Shown: piece by piece, positions 16,980 through 25,540 of the stretch
How the letters are laid out: every line of letters begins with the position of its first letter
How positions within the stretch are numbered: the first letter of the stretch is position 1
Assembly: GCA_021296055.1 (NCBI GenBank)
Contig: JAGWBE010000001.1
Coordinates: forward strand, 1 to 57,684
Reading direction: 5' to 3'
Source of the DNA: Dehalococcoidia bacterium
GTDB taxonomy: Bacteria > Chloroflexota > Dehalococcoidia > Lucifugimonadales > Australimonadaceae
DNA: 57,684 bases
Program-made: the position numbers and the translations under genes
Notes under the pieces: generated by a model
What the model was told of the DNA's origin: nothing
The model's input: only the letters and a program-made list of their open reading frames with translations
Database searches by the model: none

Positions 16980-18227
16980 CTAGGGCAGTTCGAACCTGCC
17001 GGTGGATTGGATCTGGCCGTCGAGGACGGTCCAAATCTCGATGGCGCCGGTGACGTCGCCGTTCTCGTCGAACTCGATCTCGCCGCCGACGCCGTTGTAG
17101 TTGATGTCGTCGCCGTCGGCGATGAGCTGGAGCGCCCTGGCGAGTTCGTCGCGGCCGGGGCCGATGACCTCGCCGGGGGCGTTGGCTACGGCGCGGAGCG
17201 AGTCGCGGATCTTGGCGGAGTCGGTGTTCGTGCCCGCGTGGGCGGCGGCGAGCGCCATCAGCACTGCCGCGTCGTAGTGCTCGCCCATAAAGGGGTGGGA
17301 GGGCGGGAAGCCGTAGTTCTCGACGTAGGAGTCCGTGAAGGCGGACTTCTGCGGCGTGTCGGGGCCGCCCTGAGCGGTGCCGAGAGTTCCGTCCAACGCC
17401 TCCCATGCGTCGATGCCGTCAATCCATTCGGAACCCTTGACGCCGTCGACGAAGAGGAAGGTGTCGGCGTAGCCGCCTTCGAGCGCCTCGCGGACGTAGA
17501 CCTGCGCGTGGCCGGTGTAGCTCATGGCGGCAAGGGCGTCGGGGTTGCCTTCGGTGGCGCGGGTGAGTTCGGAAGCGTAGGTGGGCTGCGCGTCCTCGTG
17601 CGGGACGGAGGCGGTCACCGTGCCGCCGAGCGCCTCGAACGACGCGGTGAACTGGGCCGCGAGGCCCTCGCCGTAGGCGTTGTTGATGTAGAGGATGCCG
17701 ACGGTGTTGTAGCCCTGCTCGCGGGCGACGCGCGCCAGCACCACGCCCTGGGAGGCGTCCGACGGCGTGGTGCGGAAGAGGAAGTCGTTGTCGTCGAGCA
17801 CGGTGATGCTGGGTGCGGTGGACGCGCCGGAGATGAGCAGCACGCCCTGCGGGATGGTCACCGCCTGCGCTGCGGCGATAGTTACGCCGCTGGACAGAGC
17901 GCCGACGATGCCGACGGCGCCCTCCACGTCCACCAACGCGCGGGCGGCGTCGACGCCCATAGTGGGGTTGACGCCAGTGTCGCGGCTGACGACACGCATA
18001 GGTTGGCCGTTGATTCCGCCGGCATCGTTCACGTGGTCCGCCGCTAGCTGCACGGAGTTGCGCAGCGGCTGGCCGAACTCGGAGAGGGCGCCAGTGAAGG
18101 CGTTCAGGTTGCCGACGATGAGAGGCTGGTCTTCCTCGTCGCCGCCGCCGCAAGAGAGGGTGACGGCGGCGATAAGCGCCAAGGCGACGGCCAAGGCTGC
18201 GGCGGCTAGTCGGGAGCGACGGCGCAT
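16980..18227 (-). CDS. Branched-chain amino-acid ABC transporter substrate-binding lipoprotein (LivK/Peripla_BP_6-like)
   Basis: Signal/lipobox 'ALALIAAVTLSCGGG'. 'GNLNAFTGALSEFGQPLRNSVQLAADHVNDAGGINGQPMRVVSRDTG'. I chose the internal ATG at 18227. Confidence 0.85.
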   Translation of the reverse strand: MRRRSRLAAAALAVALALIAAVTLSCGGGDEEDQPLIVGNLNAFTGALSEFGQPLRNSVQLAADHVNDAGGINGQPMRVVSRDTGVNPTMGVDAARALVDVEGAVGIVGALSSGVTIAAAQAVTIPQGVLLISGASTAPSITVLDDNDFLFRTTPSDASQGVVLARVAREQGYNTVGILYINNAYGEGLAAQFTASFEALGGTVTASVPHEDAQPTYASELTRATEGNPDALAAMSYTGHAQVYVREALEGGYADTFLFVDGVKGSEWIDGIDAWEALDGTLGTAQGGPDTPQKSAFTDSYVENYGFPPSHPFMGEHYDAAVLMALAAAHAGTNTDSAKIRDSLRAVANAPGEVIGPGRDELARALQLIADGDDINYNGVGGEIEFDENGDVTGAIEIWTVLDGQIQSTGRFELP

Positions 18228-18460
18228 ACGTTTCTCCTGTCGGCGGACGGCGCGAGGCTTGTCCGCGCTGATATCGCGATTATACATAGCGGGCAAGGCG
18301 CGCCCGGCACGTTGTTTCGGCTAAAACCGCGCAGAGCGTCCCATTGTGTCCCATCGTGTCCGATTTACGGCGGAAGGGCGCAGAGGTTTTTCGGACGGGA
18401 ATCGTCCGATTCGCGCCTGCAATCGGACACTTTGGAGGGGGAGGACGCGACGCGGCGGCG

Positions 18461-18487
18461 CCCTTCGAGTTCGCTCAGGGCGAACGG
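18461..18487. repeat. CCCTTCGA..CTCAGGGCGAACGG module, copy 2
   Basis: cccttcgagttcgctcagggcgaacgg. Confidence 0.7.
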
Positions 18488-18572
18488 GAGAGGCGGGGAA
18501 GCGGGCGGGAGCGGGCGCGGGTTCATCAGGGGAATTGTAGCAGGCGGGCGGTGTTTGCGAAACGGGCGGATG

Positions 18573-19922
18573 TCATAGCGGCGACGGGGTGTGCGCCCTT
18601 CGACTGGCCTCAGGGCGAGTGGGGGAAGGCGTTAGGGTGAATGGGGGGCCGGGTCGGGTTGGGGGCGGCGAGGTTGGGCGGGCAGCGAGGGCGACCATGA
18701 CGGCGGCCGTCCAGAAGGCGATGACGTAAGCGCCGGTGGCGTCGAAGACCGCGCCGGCGAAGGGCGCGCCCAGCGCCTGCGCTATGACGATGCCGGGCAC
18801 GATGTAGCCGCGGATGGCGCCGATGTGAGCGCGTCCGAAGTAGGTGGGCCAGATGTGGACTTGCACAACGGCGTTCGTCCCCTGCCCTATCCCCAAGGCG
18901 ATGGCGCTGACGAAGAGCACCCACGGCGCGTCGAGCAGGATGGTCGCGGCGATGCCGCCGACGGCGATGAGCATGGCGTAGGCACCGACGAAGCGCACGT
19001 GGAAGCGCTCCACGAGGAATCCCGCCGAGAGGATGCCGACGAAGAAGAAGCCCGCGTCGAGGGAGAAGGATGACGCAATGAGGCTGCGGTCGTAGCCTCG
19101 GTCTTCCCAGAAGGCGAAGCGGTGGACCTGGAGGCCGCCCATGGCGAAGGAGATGAGCACGTATGCTGCGAGGATCTGCCACAGGCGCACGGTGCGCAGC
19201 GCTTGGCGCTCCGTCCACGACACCTCGTCGTCCGCGGCCTGGGCCGCGCGGGGCGCGCCGGGTTCGGCGGCGGGCGCGTCCTCGGGCGGCGGATCGCCGT
19301 CGGGACGCAGGCCCACGTCCTCCGGCTGGCGCTTGATGACGAACCACGTGATGGGGACGACTAGCGCGATGACGAAGATTCCGGACGCGACCCACGCGGC
19401 GCGCCAGCCGAAGGCGTCGATGAGTTGCTGGTGGACGATGACGAAGGTCATGCCGCCGATGCCGAACCCGGCGGTTACGAAGGAGGTGGCGCGTCCGCGT
19501 TGGCGCACGAACCACTTCTGCACCGGCACGGAGGTCAGCAGGTTGCCGGGCATGGTGATGCCACTGAGGCCGACGAGGACGAACAGGACGAGGAACTGCC
19601 AAGCGTTCTGCACCCACCCCAGGCCGATGAGGGCCATGCCCGCCAACCCGGCGGCGGCGGTGATGAGCGCGCGACTGCCGTAGCGGTCGATGAGCCTGCC
19701 GACGAGGAGCGACGCCAGGCCGGTGGCGAGGCGCCGCCCGGCGAGCACCCAACTGATGAGGCCGCGGGAGATGTTGAGGTCTTCGCTCATCGGCTTGAGG
19801 AAGACGGCGAAGGAGAAGATGGCCGTCGCCTCGACCGCGAAGTTGGTGAGGAACAACGAGCCGACAATCCACCAGCCGTAGAAGATGGGGGAGCGTTTCT
19901 TGCGCGGGCGGGCGGTGCTCAT
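18573..19922 (-). CDS. MFS transporter
   Basis: 'MSTARPRKKRSPIFYGWWIVGSLFLTNFAVEATAIFSFAVFLKPMSEDLNISRG...' with about 12 TM segments. I chose the ATG at 19922; the 124 Arg/His-rich residues upstream in the track ORF were rejected. The last ~40 aa are translated from repeat DNA, so the true C-terminus is uncertain. Confidence 0.8.
   Translation of the reverse strand: MSTARPRKKRSPIFYGWWIVGSLFLTNFAVEATAIFSFAVFLKPMSEDLNISRGLISWVLAGRRLATGLASLLVGRLIDRYGSRALITAAAGLAGMALIGLGWVQNAWQFLVLFVLVGLSGITMPGNLLTSVPVQKWFVRQRGRATSFVTAGFGIGGMTFVIVHQQLIDAFGWRAAWVASGIFVIALVVPITWFVIKRQPEDVGLRPDGDPPPEDAPAAEPGAPRAAQAADDEVSWTERQALRTVRLWQILAAYVLISFAMGGLQVHRFAFWEDRGYDRSLIASSFSLDAGFFFVGILSAGFLVERFHVRFVGAYAMLIAVGGIAATILLDAPWVLFVSAIALGIGQGTNAVVQVHIWPTYFGRAHIGAIRGYIVPGIVIAQALGAPFAGAVFDATGAYVIAFWTAAVMVALAARPTSPPPTRPGPPFTLTPSPTRPEASRRAHTPSPL
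18596..18622. repeat. CCCTTCGA..CCTCAGGGCGA module, copy 3
   Basis: cccttcgactggcctcagggcgagtgg. It lies inside the predicted C-terminal tail of the MFS ORF on the opposite strand. Confidence 0.7.
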
Positions 19923-19988
19923 TAGGGGACAAGGCGCGCGGGAGGCGCCGGAGGCGCGAGTATACTTGGGCGGGCGCTCCCCACCCCT

Positions 19989-21470
19989 ATGCAAGCAACC
20001 ATCGACCGCCGCCGCTACGCCGTCTTCGCCGTAGTGTCCGTCGCGTTGCTCATCTCCTCGATGAATCTGACGGTGGCGTTCGTGGTGCTGCCGCAGATGC
20101 AGGAAGGGCTCGGCGCGACGCTCACGTGGGTCGGGTGGACGGTTACTGCGTACCAGCTGGCGTCGGCAGTGTCGATGTCGCTGGCCGGAGGAATCGCCGA
20201 CCGCTACGGTCGGCGGCGGATATTCATCGCGGCGCTGGCGCTGTTCTGCGCGGGATCGGTTGCGGCGGCGCTGGCGCCGAACATCACCGTCCATATCCTG
20301 ATGCGGATGGCGGCGGCGCTAGGGGGCGGGGCGGTCGTGCCTATCGCGGCGGCTGTAGTGAGCCGCGAGTTCCCGCACAGCCGCGCGCGGGCCATCGGCC
20401 TCTTCACCAGCGTGCTGCCGTTGGGGTGGATCATCGGGCCGACGGTGGGCGGCCTCATCGCCGAGCACCTGACGTGGCGGGGCGCGTTCCTGCTGCCCGC
20501 GCCGATCGCCGCGGCGGCGCTGCTTGGGGCGGTGTGGGTGATGCGGGAGAGCACGGAGGGGGCGAAGGGGCGGTTGGATATCCAAGGGGCGATGCTGCTG
20601 GCGGCGGCCATCGCGTCGTTCATGCTGTCGCTGTCGCTGTTCCGCGTGGAGGGGGGAGCGGCGTGGGCGGCGGCGTGGGGATTGCTGGGGCTGAGCGTCC
20701 CGTTGGGAGCGCTGTTCTGGCGGCACGAATCACGCGCGGAGTCGCCCATCGTGGACTTGGCGCTGCTACGGATGCGGCCTTTCGCGGCGGCCAACGCCTA
20801 CAACGTGATATGGGGCGGAGTCTCCATCGGCTCGTCGGCGTTCATCCCGCTCTACGCAGCGCTAGAGTTCAATCTGGACAGCGCGCGGGCGGGGTCGGCG
20901 CTGGTGGGGTTGGAGTTGGCGCTCATCGCGGGCTCGACGCTCACGAGCATCTGGCTGCTGCACCGCCTGGGCTATAGGCCGCTGATCCTGGCGGGGGGGT
21001 TGCTGCTGGCGGCGGTGATGGTGAGCGTGGGGTTCGGATTGATACGGGCGCTGCCGTCGGCGCTGCCGCCATTCTGGGCGCTGTTCGGCGTGCTGACCAT
21101 CGGCGGCTTCGCCATGGGCATACAGGCGCCCGCGTCGAACAACGCGGGGATCGAGCTGATGCCGTCGCGCGTGTCCGTTCCGGTTCGCCGGGAGCGTCAT
21201 CACGACCACTGTCATCTTCTTCCTACTGGCGGGGTTCGAGGACGCGGCGCGCGGGGTGGAGGTCATCTACTTGGGATTGGGCGCGATTATGCTCATCGCC
21301 GCTCCGCTCGTCCTTCTGATGCCGACGGGCCGCGAGCACCGCATCGACGCGCCCGCGGAGACGGCAGGGGTGGGGGAGCGGTAGGGCGAGCGGGACGCGA
21401 AGGGCAGCCGCCCGCCCGCCGCTACCCGCCCAGCTCCTGGGCCAGGCGTTCGGCCACCAGCGTCTCTTGA
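19989..21470 (+). CDS. MFS transporter (DHA2/EmrB-like), apparently frameshifted near 21171..21190
   Basis: 'VVSVALLISSMNLTVAFVVLPQMQEGLGATLTWVGWTVTAYQLASAVSMSLAGGIADRYGRRR'. After '...GIELMPSRV' the track frame turns Arg/Gly-rich. The +1 frame continues as a good TM helix 'FAGSVITTTVIFFLLAGFEDAARGVEVIYLGLGAIMLIAAPLVLLMPTG...' and stops at 21382..21384. Confidence 0.7.
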   Translation: MQATIDRRRYAVFAVVSVALLISSMNLTVAFVVLPQMQEGLGATLTWVGWTVTAYQLASAVSMSLAGGIADRYGRRRIFIAALALFCAGSVAAALAPNITVHILMRMAAALGGGAVVPIAAAVVSREFPHSRARAIGLFTSVLPLGWIIGPTVGGLIAEHLTWRGAFLLPAPIAAAALLGAVWVMRESTEGAKGRLDIQGAMLLAAAIASFMLSLSLFRVEGGAAWAAAWGLLGLSVPLGALFWRHESRAESPIVDLALLRMRPFAAANAYNVIWGGVSIGSSAFIPLYAALEFNLDSARAGSALVGLELALIAGSTLTSIWLLHRLGYRPLILAGGLLLAAVMVSVGFGLIRALPSALPPFWALFGVLTIGGFAMGIQAPASNNAGIELMPSRVSVPVRRERHHDHCHLLPTGGVRGRGARGGGHLLGIGRDYAHRRSARPSDADGPRAPHRRARGDGRGGGAVGRAGREGQPPARRYPPSSWARRSATSVS

Positions 21471-22559
21471 CCGGGGGCGAGGCCGAAGACGTGCACGTCC
21501 ATCCAGTCCTCGCCGGGGCGGACGCGCGTCCAGATGGGCGGCTCGCCCGTCGACCACCTCGGGCAGCGACACGCCCGTAACCGATGTGTCGGCGCGGATG
21601 CGCACGCCGAACGCGTTGTGGCCGACGACGTTGTCGATGAGCGCCGCGCCCACACCCGGCAGCCTCGCGACGCGGTCGAGGATGGCGCGGGAGCGCTGCT
21701 CGTCGTCCGCCAGCCTGTCTTCGTGGTTGAGCGACATCCAACGCTTCACCGCCGCGACGGCGCCCAGCACCTCCTGTCGGTCCACCTTCTGCGGGCGCCC
21801 GACGCCGCGCACGCGCCGTCCTTCGTAGCTGGAGAAGGTTTGCAGCGACAGCTTGCGGATCATCTCCTCCGTGCCCAACGCGAGGCCGGTGGATTGCGGC
21901 GCGCCGATGTACTTGGTCGCCACGCACTGGAACGCCGCGCCCATCCGCACGTACTTGCCGATGTTCTCCAGCGGGTATATCTGCCCCGCCGCGTCCACCG
22001 TCACGGGCACGCCCGCCTCACCCGCCACACGAATCACTTCCTCCAACGGCAGCGCCGCAGGGTCGGGCAGCTCCTCTTGGACGAGGCAATGGACGGCGGC
22101 GGTCTTGGGGCCGATGGCGCGGGCGAGGTCGTCCGCCGTCGCGCCGTCGGGCGAGCCGAACTCGACCAGCCGCGCCCCGGCCAACTCCAAGCAGCGGTCG
22201 TACCAGTAGCGCCCCCGGCGCTGGATGAGGATCTCGTCCTTCATCCCCGCCGTGTTGGGCAGCTGTTGGATCTTGTCGTCGTCGTCGCCGGCCATCAGCG
22301 CGGCGGTCGCCAGCGTCAGGGCGGAACCCGCGCCTGAGGTCACATAGGCGGCGGGCACGCCGGTCAGCCCCGCGATGAACGCGCCCGCCCGCTCCTGGAG
22401 CTCCGTCATCGGCACGTAGGCCGACTCGGCGGCGTCCATCGCCTCCTTCACCTCCGGCGGCGGCGTCGAGCCGCCGAGCAGCGTCAGGCTGCCGACGGCG
22501 TTGACGACGGGCTTCGCGCCCAACTCTTCGTACAGGCCGGTAGGGTCGAGGTCGGTCAC
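21267..22559 (-). CDS. SelA-like PLP-dependent enzyme (class-V-fold aminotransferase, DgaE-like), apparently frameshifted near 21540..21552
   Basis: 'VNAVGSLTLLGGSTPPPEVKEAMD...FQCVATKYIGAPQSTGLALG' (PLP Lys region). After '...SLPEVVDG' a different frame (ORF 21422..21655) gives a convincing end, 'EPPIWTRVRPGEDWMDVHVFGLAPGQETLVAERLAQELGG*'. The true stop is therefore probably at 21422. Confidence 0.7.
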   Translation of the reverse strand: MTDLDPTGLYEELGAKPVVNAVGSLTLLGGSTPPPEVKEAMDAAESAYVPMTELQERAGAFIAGLTGVPAAYVTSGAGSALTLATAALMAGDDDDKIQQLPNTAGMKDEILIQRRGRYWYDRCLELAGARLVEFGSPDGATADDLARAIGPKTAAVHCLVQEELPDPAALPLEEVIRVAGEAGVPVTVDAAGQIYPLENIGKYVRMGAAFQCVATKYIGAPQSTGLALGTEEMIRKLSLQTFSSYEGRRVRGVGRPQKVDRQEVLGAVAAVKRWMSLNHEDRLADDEQRSRAILDRVARLPGVGAALIDNVVGHNAFGVRIRADTSVTGVSLPEVVDGRAAHLDARPPRRGLDGRARLRPRPRSRDAGGRTPGPGAGRVAAGGRLPFASRSPYRSPTPAVSAGASMRCSRPVGIRRTSGAAMSIIAPNPK

Positions 22560-22735
22560 GGCGCAGGCTCCCTGGGCAAAAGGCCCGGCCTGATTGTCGC
22601 AGAGTTTGGCGCGCTTTGCCTGCTAGACTGCGCATGGGCGCGCTGGCCGCCGCGCGCGGCGCTCTTGTGCTGCGGCCGCGGCGCGCCGCGCGGATTCTGC
22701 GCCAAACGCAAAAGCACACCCCCGGAGGCAGCGCT

Positions 22736-23605
22736 ATGAGGCCAAGCGAACGCTTCGACTACTCCCCGATGCGCGGACGCCCGCCGCTTCGGTTGCCCGG
22801 CGGCGCGCGCGTCGCCGTCATCTCCGTCGTCAACATCGAGCATTGGGACGACGACCGCCCGATGCCCCGCGCCATCATTCCTCCGCACAGCGGTGCGCCG
22901 CCCGTCCCCGACGTGCCCAACTGGGCGTGGCACGAATACGGGATGCGCGTGGGAGTGTGGCGGCTGATGGAGCTGTTCGAGCGCCGCGCCGTCCCCGTAA
23001 CTTGCGCGCTCAACGCCTCCGTCTGCCTCGCTTACCCCGAGCTCGCCCGCGCCATCCGCGACGCCGACTGGGAGTTCATGGGCCACGGTTTCACGCAGAT
23101 AGCCGCCCCCGCCGTAGAGGACGAGCGCGCGGTGGTCGCAAAGACCGTCGAGACCATCCGTGGATTCACCGGCGCCAGCCCGCGCGGCTGGCTAGGCCCC
23201 GGCCTCGGCGAGACGGCGCACACGCCCGAGCTGCTGGTCGAGCACGGCGTCGAGTACGTTTGCGACTGGGTGGCCGACGATCAACCCTTCCGGATGCGCA
23301 CTGCCGCCGGGCCGCTCGTTTCCGTGCCCTACTCCGTCGAGCTGAACGACATCCCGATGATGCTCGTTCAGCATCACGACGCGGCGGAGATGTTGCGCCG
23401 CGTCAGAGACCAGTTCGACCGCCTCCACCAGGAGGGCGCGGAGTCGGCGCGCGTGATGACCATCGCGCTCCACCCCTACGTCAGCGGCGTGCCGCACCGC
23501 ATCCGCTACCTCGAAGAGGCCTACGACTACATGGCCGCGCGCGAAGGCGTCCTCTTCTGGAAGGCCGAGCAAGTCCTAGACTGGTGGCGCGAGGCGCAAG
23601 GGTAG
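22736..23605 (+). CDS. Polysaccharide deacetylase family protein (NodB-homology, PuuE-like)
   Basis: 'MRPSERFDYSPMRGRPPLRLPGGARVAVISVVNIEHWD...VPVTCALNASV...DWEFMGHGF'. I chose the internal ATG at 22736. Confidence 0.75.
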   Translation: MRPSERFDYSPMRGRPPLRLPGGARVAVISVVNIEHWDDDRPMPRAIIPPHSGAPPVPDVPNWAWHEYGMRVGVWRLMELFERRAVPVTCALNASVCLAYPELARAIRDADWEFMGHGFTQIAAPAVEDERAVVAKTVETIRGFTGASPRGWLGPGLGETAHTPELLVEHGVEYVCDWVADDQPFRMRTAAGPLVSVPYSVELNDIPMMLVQHHDAAEMLRRVRDQFDRLHQEGAESARVMTIALHPYVSGVPHRIRYLEEAYDYMAAREGVLFWKAEQVLDWWREAQG

Positions 23606-23694
23606 GGAGCGGCGGCGCGCAGGCCCTCCGTGATACCTGCCCGCGCTCCGTCATTCGGACATCCCCCTATCGCCAGTCCGGCTTTCGGAGAGTG

Positions 23695-23829
23695 TTGCGT
23701 AACTATTCCACTGCCCCCCACCCTTCCAAAAGATAGAAGAGGTTCTTGTGGGGGGATACTCCCACGCCCCCAGCCGAGGAGCTGGCCTCCCTTCGGCGCT
23801 CCCTGCGTGAAGAGACGCGGATTACGCAA
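23695..23829. repeat. MITE-like ~135-bp element with inverted termini (copy B)
   Basis: It starts (G)TTGCGTAACTAT and ends GGATTACGCAAC, an inverted terminus of about 9-10 bp (GTTGCGTAA). The interior aligns with 13123..13256. A solo terminus, gttgcgtaatc, lies at 41578..41588. Confidence 0.5.
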
Positions 23830-23918
23830 CTATCTCCCTTGATGGCGACCTGTTGCCGTGAGGGGGCGCATTCCCCTAGCATAGAGCGCGCTGCGGACTT
23901 ACCCCAGGAGGGCGATCG

Positions 23919-24653
23919 ATGGCCGACGTGACGGCGGAACAGGTGTGGGCTACGGTGGACAGCGTGCTCGGCAAGAGCGCCGACATGCTCGCCATCGACA
24001 GCGCCTTCAGCTTCGCGCTCCACGAGCGCGGCTTCGTCGAGAGCGTCGAGCGCCTGCGCCGGAACCTCTTCAACGCGCCTGAGCCGCCCTACGCCGCCGA
24101 CGCCGAGGGCCGCGCGGCGCGCGGACGCTGGATACAGAACTTCGACTGGCACCTCAAGGCGATTCCGCCCGCCCAGTACGAGGAGCGCCGCTCCCAGTAC
24201 TACGGTGAACTCAAGCGCCTCAGCGAGGAGTACAACCTCCCCCGTTGGACCGTCGACCACTACATCTTCTTCGGCAGCGCCCCCCAACTTTCCCCCCTCC
24301 GCGTCATCGTCCGCGAGGGCGCCGACACCGACGCCGCCATCGAGATCCGCGTCCTCTCCTCCGCCGTCACCGGCGAGGACGTCAAGCGCTTCTACGACGG
24401 CCTGCGCGAACGCGAGACTCTGCCCGCGCTCGCCTATGACCGCCCGTTGGACGGCAGCGCGCCCGACCTGGTGCGCACATGGGCCGTCCACGTGCTGACG
24501 AACCACGGCCCGATGAGCGTAGAGGAGGCGCAGCAGGCGTGGAACGAGCGCTATCCCGCGCACGCCGCCTCCGCCGTTGAACAGGAGCCCGCCTTCCGCC
24601 GCGTCCTCCGCCGCATCCAAGGCATCACCTGGGGCGCGAATCGGGGAGCGTAA
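23919..24653 (+). CDS. Hypothetical protein (244 aa), no recognisable family
   Basis: It has native-like GC and a clean ORF with a GGAGG Shine-Dalgarno upstream ('ccccaggagggcgatcgATG'). I see no motifs I can name. Confidence 0.5.
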   Translation: MADVTAEQVWATVDSVLGKSADMLAIDSAFSFALHERGFVESVERLRRNLFNAPEPPYAADAEGRAARGRWIQNFDWHLKAIPPAQYEERRSQYYGELKRLSEEYNLPRWTVDHYIFFGSAPQLSPLRVIVREGADTDAAIEIRVLSSAVTGEDVKRFYDGLRERETLPALAYDRPLDGSAPDLVRTWAVHVLTNHGPMSVEEAQQAWNERYPAHAASAVEQEPAFRRVLRRIQGITWGANRGA

Positions 24654-24668
24654 AGCAGGGCACCGCGC

Positions 24669-25538
24669 CTAGCGGATGCCCTCCGCCGCCAGCGTGTCGT
24701 GGAGGATCTGGAGCGTCTCGCTGTTCTCGTCTAGGGGGAAGCCGTCGACGGAGGCGATGGGCTTGCCGCTGGAGCCGTCCACGCCGCCGAGGTCTACGCA
24801 CGTCCGCACCCACTGCGCCTCCCGCTCGACGCTTGGCAGCAGGTTGCGTCCGGCGAGCTTAGAGAGGGAGGCGACGAGGCCGTAGCCGCCCCAGTTGGAG
24901 ACGCTGCTGATGACGAGGCGGCTGCACGCGGTCGCCGACGGGTCGTCGGGCAGCGCCTCCACGCCGCGAATCTGCTCGGCCAAGACGGCCATGCCTATCT
25001 CGTTGCCGCCGTCGCCGACGCCGACGCTGTCCTCCACCAGGTCGAAGATGGGGTCCACCTTGGCGGTGTAGGCGGAGATGTCGAGAGAGCGCATATTGCG
25101 GTAGAGGCCTTGCGTGGTGATGCTGCACCGCTCGATGGCGACGGCGACGGCGGGACGGACGCGCTCCACCAGTTGCGCGGCGAAGGCGCGGCTCTGCTCC
25201 ATATCGGCGATGGGGAACTCCACCACCTCGGCGTGGGGGGCGAGACCGCGCATAATGGCACCGCCGTGGACATCGGTTACGTAGACGACCTGGCGTCCGA
25301 GCGCCTCCAGCGCCTCGCCGATGGCGGCGGCGCCGGGCGGGCCGTCCGTCTCCACTGCGCCGCCGGAGAGGATGTAGAAGCCGGTTACGACAAGCGCGGG
25401 ACCTGTGCGGTGGTAGAGGAAGCGGGCCGCGTCGTCGCAGAAGTCGGGGCGCAGATGGGGGCGCAGCGCGTGCATGCTGCGCGCGTCGCGCCGCAGGATG
25501 ATGTCCTCGATGGTCTGGGCGGCGGCTTGGCCGGTCAT
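24669..25538 (-). CDS. DUF4392 protein (homologous to the C-terminal domain of D-glutamate cyclase)
   Basis: 'VVTGFYILSGGAVETDGPPGAAAIGEAL', 'GVGDGGNEIGMA', 'ISSVSNWGGYGL'. Confidence 0.65.
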   Translation of the reverse strand: MTGQAAAQTIEDIILRRDARSMHALRPHLRPDFCDDAARFLYHRTGPALVVTGFYILSGGAVETDGPPGAAAIGEALEALGRQVVYVTDVHGGAIMRGLAPHAEVVEFPIADMEQSRAFAAQLVERVRPAVAVAIERCSITTQGLYRNMRSLDISAYTAKVDPIFDLVEDSVGVGDGGNEIGMAVLAEQIRGVEALPDDPSATACSRLVISSVSNWGGYGLVASLSKLAGRNLLPSVEREAQWVRTCVDLGGVDGSSGKPIASVDGFPLDENSETLQILHDTLAAEGIR

Positions 25539-25540
25539 CG

